DNA from: Azolla caroliniana
Taxonomy: Eukaryota; Plantae; Polypodiophyta
Length of the DNA: 64,000 nt
Direction: 5' to 3'
Assembly (NCBI GenBank): GCA_043228905.1
Contig: JBHGNT010000014.1
Span: 12,152,001-12,216,000 of the forward strand
Below the pieces are notes generated by a model. The model saw only the letters and a list, made by a program, of their open reading frames with translations. It made no database searches and was not told the DNA's origin. Within the stretch, counting starts at the first letter, position 1. Each line of letters opens with the position of its first letter. Below, one piece after another: positions 39,002 through 48,957 of this stretch. Both the position numbers and the translations under genes were made by a program.

Positions 39002-39707
39002 ATGTCACTCGAGGTCTCCATGGAGCTCCGCACCTGGTTGAGCAGGCACGGCCTAGGTGGATACCTGAAAGTTGTAGATGCACCGCCCCACCCTGAAGCC
39101 CAAGAAATCGGCCTGCGCTTGAACCCCAACACCATCACAGATGACCAAATTCGGTTAGTTTTGGGTTTGAAACAGGGCGGCCATCATGAGATCGAGGTCC
39201 CACCTCAACATGTCTTCTAAGCCCATTTCAGGGAATACTCGGTTTCGGCAAAAGCCTATCGCATGCAAGGCGGGTCGAATGAGTTCTTTGGAGACCTAGC
39301 CAGGTTTCTCCTTGAAATTGCATGTGTGCACGCCAACAGCTATGGCATGCCAAAAAAGAAAGCGGGGATCATCATCACTGCCTACAAAGGTTGCATGCTC
39401 GATTGGGGGTCCATCGCCAGGGAAGGTGTCAGAGCCAGTCTTTTGGCCTTGCAAGTAGGCAAGAGGTTAATCCCTGCCTTAGCACACTATCTACCCCAAG
39501 CGACATTCCGCAACCGCCCCTTGGCGAAACCCTGCCCTCCCTGCCCCGTCCACACCGACCAAGCGACAACAGGATTTACAATTTGCCCAGGTAGAATGGC
39601 AGCACATCATTCCTGCATAGACTCTAAACATCCCCACAACCGACACAGGCAACCAACGTTCAGGAGTAGACTTGGAAACCCTCTCAAGAAGGCAAGACAC
39701 AACCTTC
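39002..39707 (+). pseudogene. N-terminal domain of the extra 3' ORF of Gypsy A
   Basis: MSLEVSMELRTWL..APPHPEA..YGMPKKKAGIII..DWG aligns with 61327-60710 (minus); one internal stop. Confidence 0.8.
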
Positions 39708-40269
39708 TGTCACGGACACACCAAGCGTGGACTAAGACGGAGCACGGATGATGAGACTATGACGGAGCAATGACGGAATGACACAAGAGCATAAAGATAG
39801 ATATGAAGATCATGGAGATACGATTGGGCGAAACGAGAATACTAGATTGATATGTCCATGACTGGCGTTGTTCACCTTGAATTCCTTCAAGGTAAACTCA
39901 ACTATTTATACTAAGTGGCATGCATACCTGTTGCACGCATGTGATACAATAGAGCATGTAGGCAATAGGTATGCATGCATGTGCCAAGTGTTAATAATAC
40001 AAGGGAGAAATTATGCACATGACGCTAGCTAAAACCTACAATGAGGAAGTATATGCATGATTATATGCTAGATGTGTGGTTAACAGATAACACTCAATTA
40101 TAACATGGTTATGTCAAGAGTTTGAATCTTGACATTATCCCCCCTCCAACGATGCCTTCCCAAATCGTTTGTCGGCTTAAGGGGATATTGTTGATGAAAA
40201 TCTTAGATCACCTCCAAAGTATTTTGTAAATCCTAGAAAAGGAGTAACCCTTCCACAAGACGAGGTATT

Positions 40270-41352
40270 TAACACCAACGGGCATGAGTGACCATGTGTG
40301 GGCCTTGCGTAGAACTGGAACACAAATATCAATGGGTGTGAGCGACCATGTACTGTCCTCACGGGGAGCATGAACACCAAGGGGCATGAGTAACCATGTC
40401 GGGTCCTTGCCGGGAACTGGAACGGTCCTCGCTGAGAGTTGGAATACGAACACCAACGGGTGTGAGCAACCATGTTGTCCTCACCGAAAAATGGAACACA
40501 AACGAGTGAGCGACCATGTGGCCCTCATAGGGAACATGAACATGAATGGGAGTAATCGACCATGTGTGGTCCTCACCGGGATCTGGAACACCAAGGGGCA
40601 TGAGTAACCATGTCGGGTCCTTGCCGGGAACTGGAGCGGTCCTCGTTGAGAGTTGGAATACGAACACCAACGGGTGTGAGCAACCATGTTGTCCTCACCG
40701 AAAAATGGAACACAAACGAGTGAGCGACCATGTGGCCCTCATAGGGAACAGGAACATGAATGGGAATAATCGACCATGTGTGGTCCTCTCTAGGATCTGG
40801 AACACGAACAATAGCTGGAGTGAGCGGCCATGTGTGGTCCTCACCAGAGACTGGAACACGAACGGGAGTGAGCGACCATGCGGCCCTCACTGGGAACAGG
40901 AACACGAATGGGAGTGAGCGGCCATGTGCGGCCCTCACTGGGAACAAGAAACGAACGGGAGTGAGCAGCCATGTGTTGCCCTCACCGGGAACAGGAACAC
41001 GAACGGGCATGAGCTACCATGCGGCCCTCACCGGGAACTCGAACACGAACGGGCGTGAGCGACCATGCGGCCCTCGCCAGGAACTCAAACATGAACGTGT
41101 GTGAGAAACCATGCGGCGCTCACCGGGAACTCGAACACGAACAGGCGTGAGCGACCATGCAATCCTCACTGGGAACTAGAACACGAACACCGATGGGAGT
41201 GAGCGGTTGTGCACCTCACCGGGAACTGGAACACGAACACCAACGGGAGTGAGTGGCCTTGTGCGGCCCTCACCGGGAACTACAACACGAACACCAACGG
41301 GAGTTAGCGGTCTTGTGCGGCCCTCACCGGGAACTAGAACACGAACACGAAT
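40270..41352. repeat. Tandem array of ~20 copies of a 52-58 bp unit, with a 214 bp higher-order duplication
   Basis: GGGAACTGGAACACGAAC(ACCAAC)GGGAGTGAGCGACCATGTGTGGCCCTCACC; the block at 40372 repeats at 40586. Confidence 0.95.
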
Positions 41353-41528
41353 GGGAAAGAAACTAAAAAATAGACACAATGATGAGGAGAAACTAAAAGC
41401 CAATGAAAATGATGAGAAGAAACTAGGAGACAGAAATGGCGAGGAAGATAGGAAATGAAGCGATGTTGATGATGCTACGGTGACGATGGTAACTCTAGAA
41501 GCAAGGGCGATGACGGAGACGGGTGATG

Positions 41529-44500
41529 TGTTGGGATTACGGTCCCTTCGGATGGGATGGTCGGATGTCGGAGATGAATGCCGACGAGCCCGGTTTCGGT
41601 TTCGGATCCGGATGTTGAAGACCCCGGCTTCGGTGCCGGATGACGAATGTACCCGGAGAACAATCCGGATGTAGGGACATATCCGTGAATATGTTCGCTA
41701 TGGGCCCCTGAGGCTATAGTTGTAAATAGCCCCAAAGTCATATATGTATAAATATGACTTAGGGCAAACAGTTTTGTTGTTGCTTATCATTTTTCTGTTT
41801 TTCCACTCAAGAGGAGTGAAGAGGGAGCAGCCGTGAGAGAGAGAGAGAGAGAGAGAGCGTGAGAGAGGAAGAGGACGACGCCTCTTTGTATTTCCGCCTC
41901 CTGTGGCGAGGACAGCGAGCTCAAGGTCGTCGCCTTGCAGCTCGCCATTGTATACTTCTCTGTATAGTGTTGGTTTGGAGTCTTGTACTCCCGTGGTTTT
42001 TCCCGTCTAGGGTTTTCCACGTTAATCCCTGTGTGTTCGCGTTTTTTTGTTTCTCTTTGTGGTTCCTATTTTCTGCTCCATTGATTCACGCTTACTCGGT
42101 TGTGGCCGAGTGGTGAAGGTGAATCGAAGCGTTGATTCCCAACAAACTGGTATCAGAGCGAACTGCTGCAGAAAATGGAAGGCGGCGGCAGCGGGCAGCC
42201 AGGGATGATGGTGCTGAATGCGCAGAATTACGCCGACTGGAAGATCAAGATGGAGGATCTTCTGATTGTTCGGGACCTGTACGAACCGATTGACAGGTCG
42301 GAAATACCGAAAGGGGTACTTGAGTCGGAGTGGAAGCTCCTGAACCGGAAAGCCGTAGCGACGATCCGACAATATGTCGATGTAAGCGTCCTACAACATG
42401 TGGCGAACGACACCAACGCATATGAGATGTGGAAGAAGCTGTCGGGCCTCTATGAGAGGAAGAATGCGTTGAACCGGACCTCCCTGATGAGGAAGATAGT
42501 GAATCTCAAGTACCGGGACGGCGAGAGTATGGTGGAACACGTAAGCACGTTCATGGGATTCGTGAATCAGCTTGCGGCGATCAAGTTCCCGTTGGAGGAT
42601 GCAATGCAAGCCATCATCCTGATGTGTACATTGCCGGAAAGCTGGGAGAACTTGGTGGTGACTCTCAGCACCTCCTGCACAGAAGATAACTTGTCCTTGC
42701 AAACGGTAAAGACAAGTATTTTGAACGAAGAAGCGCGTCGGAGAGATAAAGAACCGGCCTCCGACCCGAAGGCGCTGCTTACCGAATCGGATCGGGGAAG
42801 ACAATGGAACCGGAGTCCGCAAAGACGGGAGAAGTCGGGGACCCGGTCGCAGTCAAGAGGAAGGCCCACATGCTTCCACTGTGGGAAACCGGGGCACTTC
42901 CGAAAGAATTGTCGGCATTACCGAAAAGACAACGGAGCCGACGACACCGACTCGAAGAAGTCACCGGAGAGAAACGGTGCATACCGGGGAGCCACGGACC
43001 GGAGAGGTTCGGATCGGCGAGGGCAGGACCGGAAAGGAACAACGGCACTCGCGGCAAGTGAAGAGGAGATCATGCTCATCACCGAAGAAGGTGAACTAAA
43101 CATTGCCGGCGATGAGACGACCTGGGTGGTCGATTCCGGAGCATCGTTCCACCTGACCCCGGAGAGAAGATACTTCTCATCCTACACAGCCGGTGAGCAT
43201 GGCTGTGTTCGGATGGGAAATGAAGGTACGTGCCGGATTGCCGGCATAGGAGACGTGTGGTTGACAACCCCGACTGGATGCAAAATGCTGCTGAAGGATG
43301 TCCGACACGTTCCGGAGGTTCGATTGAACCTGATTTCGGTCGGGAGGCTAGACGATGAAGGCTACGCAGGTAGCATCCGGAACGGCGTAATGAAGTTCAG
43401 CAAGGGGAGCCTGATAGTGGCTCGGGCCCGGAAAGACAACACACTGTACCTGATGAATGCCCGGTTATGTCCGGAAGAGCTGAATGTGGCAGCCGACACT
43501 GCCGGTGAGCTGTGGCACAAGAGACTGTGCCACATGAGTGAGAAGGGGATGAAGAGGCTTGCAGAAGACAACCTCATTCCAGTGAAGCATGTGCACCTGG
43601 AGAAGTGCACCGATTGCCTGGCCGGTAAGCAGAACCGAACCTCCTTCCACTCAAGGCCACCGACGAGACGTAGCGCACCATTGGAGTTGGTGCACACTGA
43701 CGTGTGTCAGGTAGAAACGAAGTCACATGGCGGAGCCCAGTACTTCGTAACATTCATCGATGATCATAGCCGAAAACTGTGGACGGCACCGATGAAGACA
43801 AAGGACCAAGTGTTGTGCGTCTTCAAAGAACTCCACGCGAGAGTGGAAAGGGAATCCGGCAAGAAGCTGAAAGCGATACGAGCGGATAACGGAGGGGAAT
43901 ACCGGGGGCAGTTCGCGGAGTACTGTCGCTCGAAGGGAATCCGACTCGAGTTTACTGTGCCGAAGACGCCGGAACTGAACGGGCTGGCCGAGAGGATGAA
44001 CCGGACCATAATGGAGAGGGTCCGGAGTATGCTGGCGCATGCGAAATTACCCAAGGGGTTTTGGGCTGAGGCAATGTCGACGGCGACATACGTGATAAAC
44101 AGATCACCCTCAGTACCTTTGGACGGAGACACGCCGCAGAGAGTGTGGACCGGTAGGGAAGTATCCTACCGGCATCTGAAGGTATTCGGGTGTCTCGCAT
44201 ACGTGCATGTGGCAAAGGACCGGAGAGGAAAGCTAGATCCAAAGACCCGGCCATGCATATTCCTCGGTTACGGCAACGATCAGTTCGGCTACCGAGTATG
44301 GGACCCGGTCGACAAGAAGATATTCAGGAGTCGAGACATCATCTTCATGGAGGACAAGACACTCGCCGACTGGGAGTCGGAGAAGAAGATGAAGAGCTCC
44401 AAGTCGACCGGTGAGGATCAACTCTACGAGGAGCAGTCCCGACCGGCAAGGGACCGGTTAGCACTCGAGGATCCGGCCGAAGACGGTGAAGAAACAGAAC

Positions 44501-46876
44501 CGGCCGAAGAAGATGAAAATGATACCGGAACCGGCCCCGATCCCGAAATGGACTCGGATGAAGAAGAATCGGAAGAACCGGTTACCGAAGCTCCGGAACG
44601 GAGATATCCTCTAAGAGAGAGAAGGGCCCCCCGGAGATTTCCGGAACCAGAGCATGTGCTGCTAACCGACGAAGGGGAGCCGGAGAGCTTTGAAGAAGCA
44701 AAGCATGACACCCAGAGCCGCAGGTGGTTGAGTGCCATGCAGGAAGAGATGGATTCCCTGCATGAGAACCACACATATAAACTTGTGGAGTTGCCGAAAG
44801 GAAAGCGGGCACTTCGAAACAAGTGGGTGTTCAAGCTGAAACCGGGAGATGCCGGAAACCCCTCGAGATACAAAGCCAGGATCGTGGTGAAGGGGTTCCA
44901 GCAGAAGAAGGGCGTCGACTTCGACGAGATATTTGCCCCAGTAGTGAAGATGACCTCCATCCGGACGGTGCTGAGCATAGCGGCAAGCATGGACCTCGAG
45001 GTAGAACAGATGGACGTGAAGACGGCATTCCTTCACGGTGACCTCGAAGAAGAGATCTACATGCAGCAACCGGAAGGATTCGAGAAGAAAGGGAAGGAGC
45101 ACCTGGTATGCCTGTTGAAGAAGAGCCTTTACGGACTGAAGCAGGCTCCCCGGCAATGGTACCGGAAGTTCGACTCCTTCATGACCGACGAAGGGTACCT
45201 CAAAACGCAGTCCGACCACTGCGTGTTTGTGAAGAAGTTCGAAGGAGGAGACTTTCTAATACTCCTCCTGTACGTGGACGACATGTTGATCGTCGGACGG
45301 GACCAGGTCAAGATCCGGATGCTGAAGAAGGCTCTTCACCGAACCTTCTCAATGAAGGACCTGGGTCCGGCGAGGCAAATACTAGGGATGCACATCATCC
45401 GGGACCGGAAGAAGAAGCAGTTGTGGCTGTCACAGGAGAAGTACGTGACGAAGGTGCTTCACCGGTTCAACATGTCGGAAGCAAGACCGGTCGGATCGAC
45501 CCTCCCGGCAAACTGCAAGCTGTCCAACAAGCAAAGCCCCAAGACAAAGGCTGAGAAGGAGGACATGTTGAAAGTACCATATGCCTCTGCCGTCGGGAGC
45601 TTGATGTACGCAATGGTGTGTACCCGACCGGACATAGGATATGCAGTCGGAGTGGTGAGCCGGTACATGAGCAATCCCGGCAAAGAGCATTGGAACGCGG
45701 TCAAGTGGATACTCCGATACCTGAAGGGCACGGCAAACGTGTGCCTCCGATTCGGCTCGGGTAAGCCCGAACTCGACGGCTTCACCGATTCGGATATGTC
45801 GGCTGATGCAGATACCAGCCGGTCCACATCAGGGTATGTGATGACGTATGCAGGGGGAGCTGTTTCATGGCAGTCGAGGCTGCAGAAGACGGTTGCGTTG
45901 TCAACCACGGAGGCGGAGTACATGGCGGCTGTTGAAGCCGGCAAGGAAATAATATGGATGAAGGACTTCATTAGAGAGCTCGGTATCCGGCAGGAGGAGT
46001 ACCGACTCTACTGCGACAGTCAGAGTGCAATCCACCTTGCGAAGAACGCGGCCTATCACTCCCGGACGAAGCACATCCAACGAAGATATCACTGGATCCG
46101 GGAAAGGATAGAAGACAAGGAGTTCGTGCTGACGAAGATCCACACGGACAAGAACGGGTCGGATATGCTGACCAAGGTGCTCACACCCGACAAGCTGGAA
46201 GCATGCCGGAAGAGGATCGGATTGGAAAGACATCCCATGCCGAAGTGAAGGGGGAGTTTGTTGGGATTACGGTCCCTTCGGATGGGATGGTCGGATGTTG
46301 GAGATGAATGCCGACGAGCCCGGTTTCGGTTTCGGATCCGGATGTTGAAGACCCCGGCTTCGGTGCCGGATGACGAATGTACCCGGAGAACAATCCGGAT
46401 GCAGGGACATATCCGTGAATATGTTCGCTATGGGCCCCTGAGGCTATAGTTGTAAATAGCCCCAAAGTCATATATGTATAAATATGACTTAGGGCAAACA
46501 GTTTTGTTGTTGCTTATCATTTTTCTGTTTTTCCACTCAAGAGGAGTGAAGAGGGAGCAGCCGTGAGAGAGAGAGAGAGAGAGATAGAGCGTGAGAGAGG
46601 AAGAGGACGACGCCTCTTTGTATTTCCGCCTCCTGTGGCGAGGACAGCGAGCTCAAGGTCGTCGCCTTGCAGCTCGCCATTGTATACTTCTCTGTATAGT
46701 GTTGGTTTGGAGTCTTGTACTCCCGTGGTTTTTCCCGTCTAGGGTTTTCCACGTTAATCCCTGTGTGTTCGCGTTTTTTTGTTTCTCTTTGTGGTTCCTA
46801 TTTTCTGCTCCATTGATTCGCGCTTACTCGGTTGTGGCCGAGTGGTGAAGGTGAATCGAAGCGTTGATTCCCAACA
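41529..46876 (+). mobile_element. Intact, young Ty1/Copia element (Tnt1/Tork-like)
   Basis: LTRs 41529-42144 and 46259-46876 (3 substitutions plus 2-bp indel seen); TSD TGATG; PBS TGGTATCAGAGC 42148-42159; PPT 46247-46256. Confidence 0.98.
42175..46248 (+). CDS. Copia Gag-Pol polyprotein, 1357 aa
   Basis: CFHCGKPGHFRKNC; WVVDSGAS; LWHKRLCHMS; HTDV..DNGGEY..ERMNRT; LYVDDML; TDSD..TEAEY..DSQSA. Confidence 0.98.
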   Translation: MEGGGSGQPGMMVLNAQNYADWKIKMEDLLIVRDLYEPIDRSEIPKGVLESEWKLLNRKAVATIRQYVDVSVLQHVANDTNAYEMWKKLSGLYERKNALNRTSLMRKIVNLKYRDGESMVEHVSTFMGFVNQLAAIKFPLEDAMQAIILMCTLPESWENLVVTLSTSCTEDNLSLQTVKTSILNEEARRRDKEPASDPKALLTESDRGRQWNRSPQRREKSGTRSQSRGRPTCFHCGKPGHFRKNCRHYRKDNGADDTDSKKSPERNGAYRGATDRRGSDRRGQDRKGTTALAASEEEIMLITEEGELNIAGDETTWVVDSGASFHLTPERRYFSSYTAGEHGCVRMGNEGTCRIAGIGDVWLTTPTGCKMLLKDVRHVPEVRLNLISVGRLDDEGYAGSIRNGVMKFSKGSLIVARARKDNTLYLMNARLCPEELNVAADTAGELWHKRLCHMSEKGMKRLAEDNLIPVKHVHLEKCTDCLAGKQNRTSFHSRPPTRRSAPLELVHTDVCQVETKSHGGAQYFVTFIDDHSRKLWTAPMKTKDQVLCVFKELHARVERESGKKLKAIRADNGGEYRGQFAEYCRSKGIRLEFTVPKTPELNGLAERMNRTIMERVRSMLAHAKLPKGFWAEAMSTATYVINRSPSVPLDGDTPQRVWTGREVSYRHLKVFGCLAYVHVAKDRRGKLDPKTRPCIFLGYGNDQFGYRVWDPVDKKIFRSRDIIFMEDKTLADWESEKKMKSSKSTGEDQLYEEQSRPARDRLALEDPAEDGEETEPAEEDENDTGTGPDPEMDSDEEESEEPVTEAPERRYPLRERRAPRRFPEPEHVLLTDEGEPESFEEAKHDTQSRRWLSAMQEEMDSLHENHTYKLVELPKGKRALRNKWVFKLKPGDAGNPSRYKARIVVKGFQQKKGVDFDEIFAPVVKMTSIRTVLSIAASMDLEVEQMDVKTAFLHGDLEEEIYMQQPEGFEKKGKEHLVCLLKKSLYGLKQAPRQWYRKFDSFMTDEGYLKTQSDHCVFVKKFEGGDFLILLLYVDDMLIVGRDQVKIRMLKKALHRTFSMKDLGPARQILGMHIIRDRKKKQLWLSQEKYVTKVLHRFNMSEARPVGSTLPANCKLSNKQSPKTKAEKEDMLKVPYASAVGSLMYAMVCTRPDIGYAVGVVSRYMSNPGKEHWNAVKWILRYLKGTANVCLRFGSGKPELDGFTDSDMSADADTSRSTSGYVMTYAGGAVSWQSRLQKTVALSTTEAEYMAAVEAGKEIIWMKDFIRELGIRQEEYRLYCDSQSAIHLAKNAAYHSRTKHIQRRYHWIRERIEDKEFVLTKIHTDKNGSDMLTKVLTPDKLEACRKRIGLERHPMPK

Positions 46877-47958
46877 TGATGCTTCTAGTTGGAAGGTGAA
46901 CAAACTGTCACGGACACACCAAGCGTGGACTAAGACGGAGCACGGATGATGAGACTACGACGGAGCGATAACGGAATGACACAAGAGTATAAAGATAGAT
47001 ATGAAGATCATGGAGACACGATTGGGCGAAACGGGAATACTAGATTGATATGTCCATGACTGACGTTGTTCACCTTGAATTCCTTCAAGGTGAACTCAAC
47101 TATGTATACTAAGTGGCATGCATACCTATTGCACGTATGTGATACAATAGAGCATGTAGGCAGTAGGTACGCATGCATGTGCCAAGTGTTAATAATACAA
47201 GGGAGAAATTATGCACATCATGCTAGCTAAAACCTACAATGAGGAAGTATATACATGATTATATGCTAGATGTGTGGTTAACACATAACACTCAATTATA
47301 ACATGGTTATGTCAAGAGTTCGAATCTTGACACCTTCTAGCAATCAACCGAAACGGCCGAGAGAGGATTCCTCAGTGACACCGAAGGCATCAGCACAACC
47401 AAGCCCGACTAAGAAGCGACGCCAGTTATAGAGACGAAGCAATGAAAAGGAAAGGGGCGACTCCTCGACGAAAGCCCTACGGATGATCGCCGCACCTACC
47501 GAAACAGTAGTCGTCGTCTCTGACAAGGCTCTATCCTTGATAGGGAATTTAGAAAAAGGTCAACCCTCCTGAATCTCGGAAGATGACATGTTGGCCCTTG
47601 TTGATCTACTAGTCGAAGCTTTTGAGCTAGGTGGCATTTTATGCCACGACACATCGTACGAACTCATCGACTTCCTTGCACGTTTACAAGTAGTAGTTGC
47701 GGCACACATGGCCGAAGAATATGCGCACAAGGAGATGGTGAGAGGGCTATCGCAGGAGAGCTCAAATTGGATGCTAATGCGGGCGGCCCTACAGAAAATC
47801 GGCCAAAAACGACAAAAGAGGAGTAACCACCTCATCACCAAATTGTCGAGTTAAACACGGCCCTATCAAGAATAGTATTGAGACAGAGAAGAAATTAGTA
47901 CTAAGAGAGGAATATTAGTACTAAGAGGAATAGAGGGTTTAGAAGACTCGAGAGAAGG

Positions 47959-47989
<31 letters not shown>

Positions 47990-48077
47990 GAGAGAGAGAG
48001 TGAGAGTGAGAGATTGAGGGAGAGAGAAAGAGAGAGAGTGAGAGTGAGAGAGTGACAGTGAGAGATCGAGGGAGAGA

Positions 48078-48957
48078 AAATGATGATGACAGAGATATAT
48101 TATGTGAGAAGAATATACAAGGAAGGCTAGGAGGCTTAAGACTTGCGTTGAACTGATTTGGTTCGAAATAATGCCTTGTGCCTCCTTTTATAGTGTTCTC
48201 AAGAGTACTCCTGAAGTTTCTAGAATGTTTCAAAGAAATCTGGAATATACATCAATTTTCTATAATAAAACTCAAATGAACATAATGTCTTTCGTATTAC
48301 AATAGATGGTATAATGGTCAAGAGCTCGACCCATGTAACATAAGCTCACGGGTTCGAGTATTGCCATATCATGACACTATCCCCCTTTTAAAACGACGAG
48401 TGTCACGAGTCGTTTTGGAGTGAGGACCAGGTTTTTCTGGATATTAGCGATGGAAGTCTTCAAGAAGAGTACAACCATTGGTCACATTCTCTATTGGTTC
48501 CCAGGTACGGTCGTTGGAAATGATGATGAAAACGATATATTATGTGAGAAGAATATACAAGGAAGGCTAGGAGGCTTAAGACTTGCGTTGAACCGATTTG
48601 GTTCGAAATAATGCCTTGTGCCTCCTTTTATAGTGTTCTCAGGAGTACTCCTGAAGTTTCTAGAATGTTCCAATGAAATCTAGAATATACATCAATTTTC
48701 TATAATAAAACTTAAATGAACATAATATCTTGTGTATTACAATAGATGGTATAATGGTCAAGAGCTCGACCCATGTAACATAAGCTCACGGGTTCGAGTA
48801 TTGTCATATCATGACACTATCCCCCTTTTAAAACAATGAGTGTCACGAGTCGTTTTGGAGTGAGGACCAAGTTTTTCTGGATATTGGCTATGGAAGTCTT
48901 CAAGAAGAGCACGACCATTGGTCACATTCTCTATTGGTTCCTAGGTACGGTCGTTGG
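48078..48957. repeat. ~440 bp tandem duplication spanning the 3' LTR, PPT and chromodomain end
   Basis: aaatgatgatga..atgacactatccccctttta..ggtacggtcgttgg present twice (LTR ends at 48376 and 48816). Confidence 0.92.

Larger units (their letters stand above)
39708..47332 (-). mobile_element. Non-autonomous LTR element (~2.3 kb without the nested Copia) with a tandem-repeat interior
   Basis: LTRs 39708-40134 and 46906-47332; perfect TSD CCTTC; PPT 40135-40147; non-tRNA PBS 46893-46905; no gag/pol motifs. Confidence 0.93.

Noticed and set aside
40270-41352. CRISPR-like array or repeat-peptide precursor gene
   Set aside because: Units are contiguous with no unique spacers and no cas genes. Unit lengths are often not multiples of three, and the listed ORFs shift frame and mostly rely on non-ATG starts.
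41859-42116. Hydrophobic 85-aa ORF repeated at 46591-46848 (env-like?)
   Set aside because: Lies within the LTR U5, starts at GTG, and its hydrophobicity reflects T-rich sequence.
42228-46233. Many antisense and alternative-frame ORFs over the Copia polyprotein
   Set aside because: Expected shadows of GC-rich coding sequence; no recognisable motifs.
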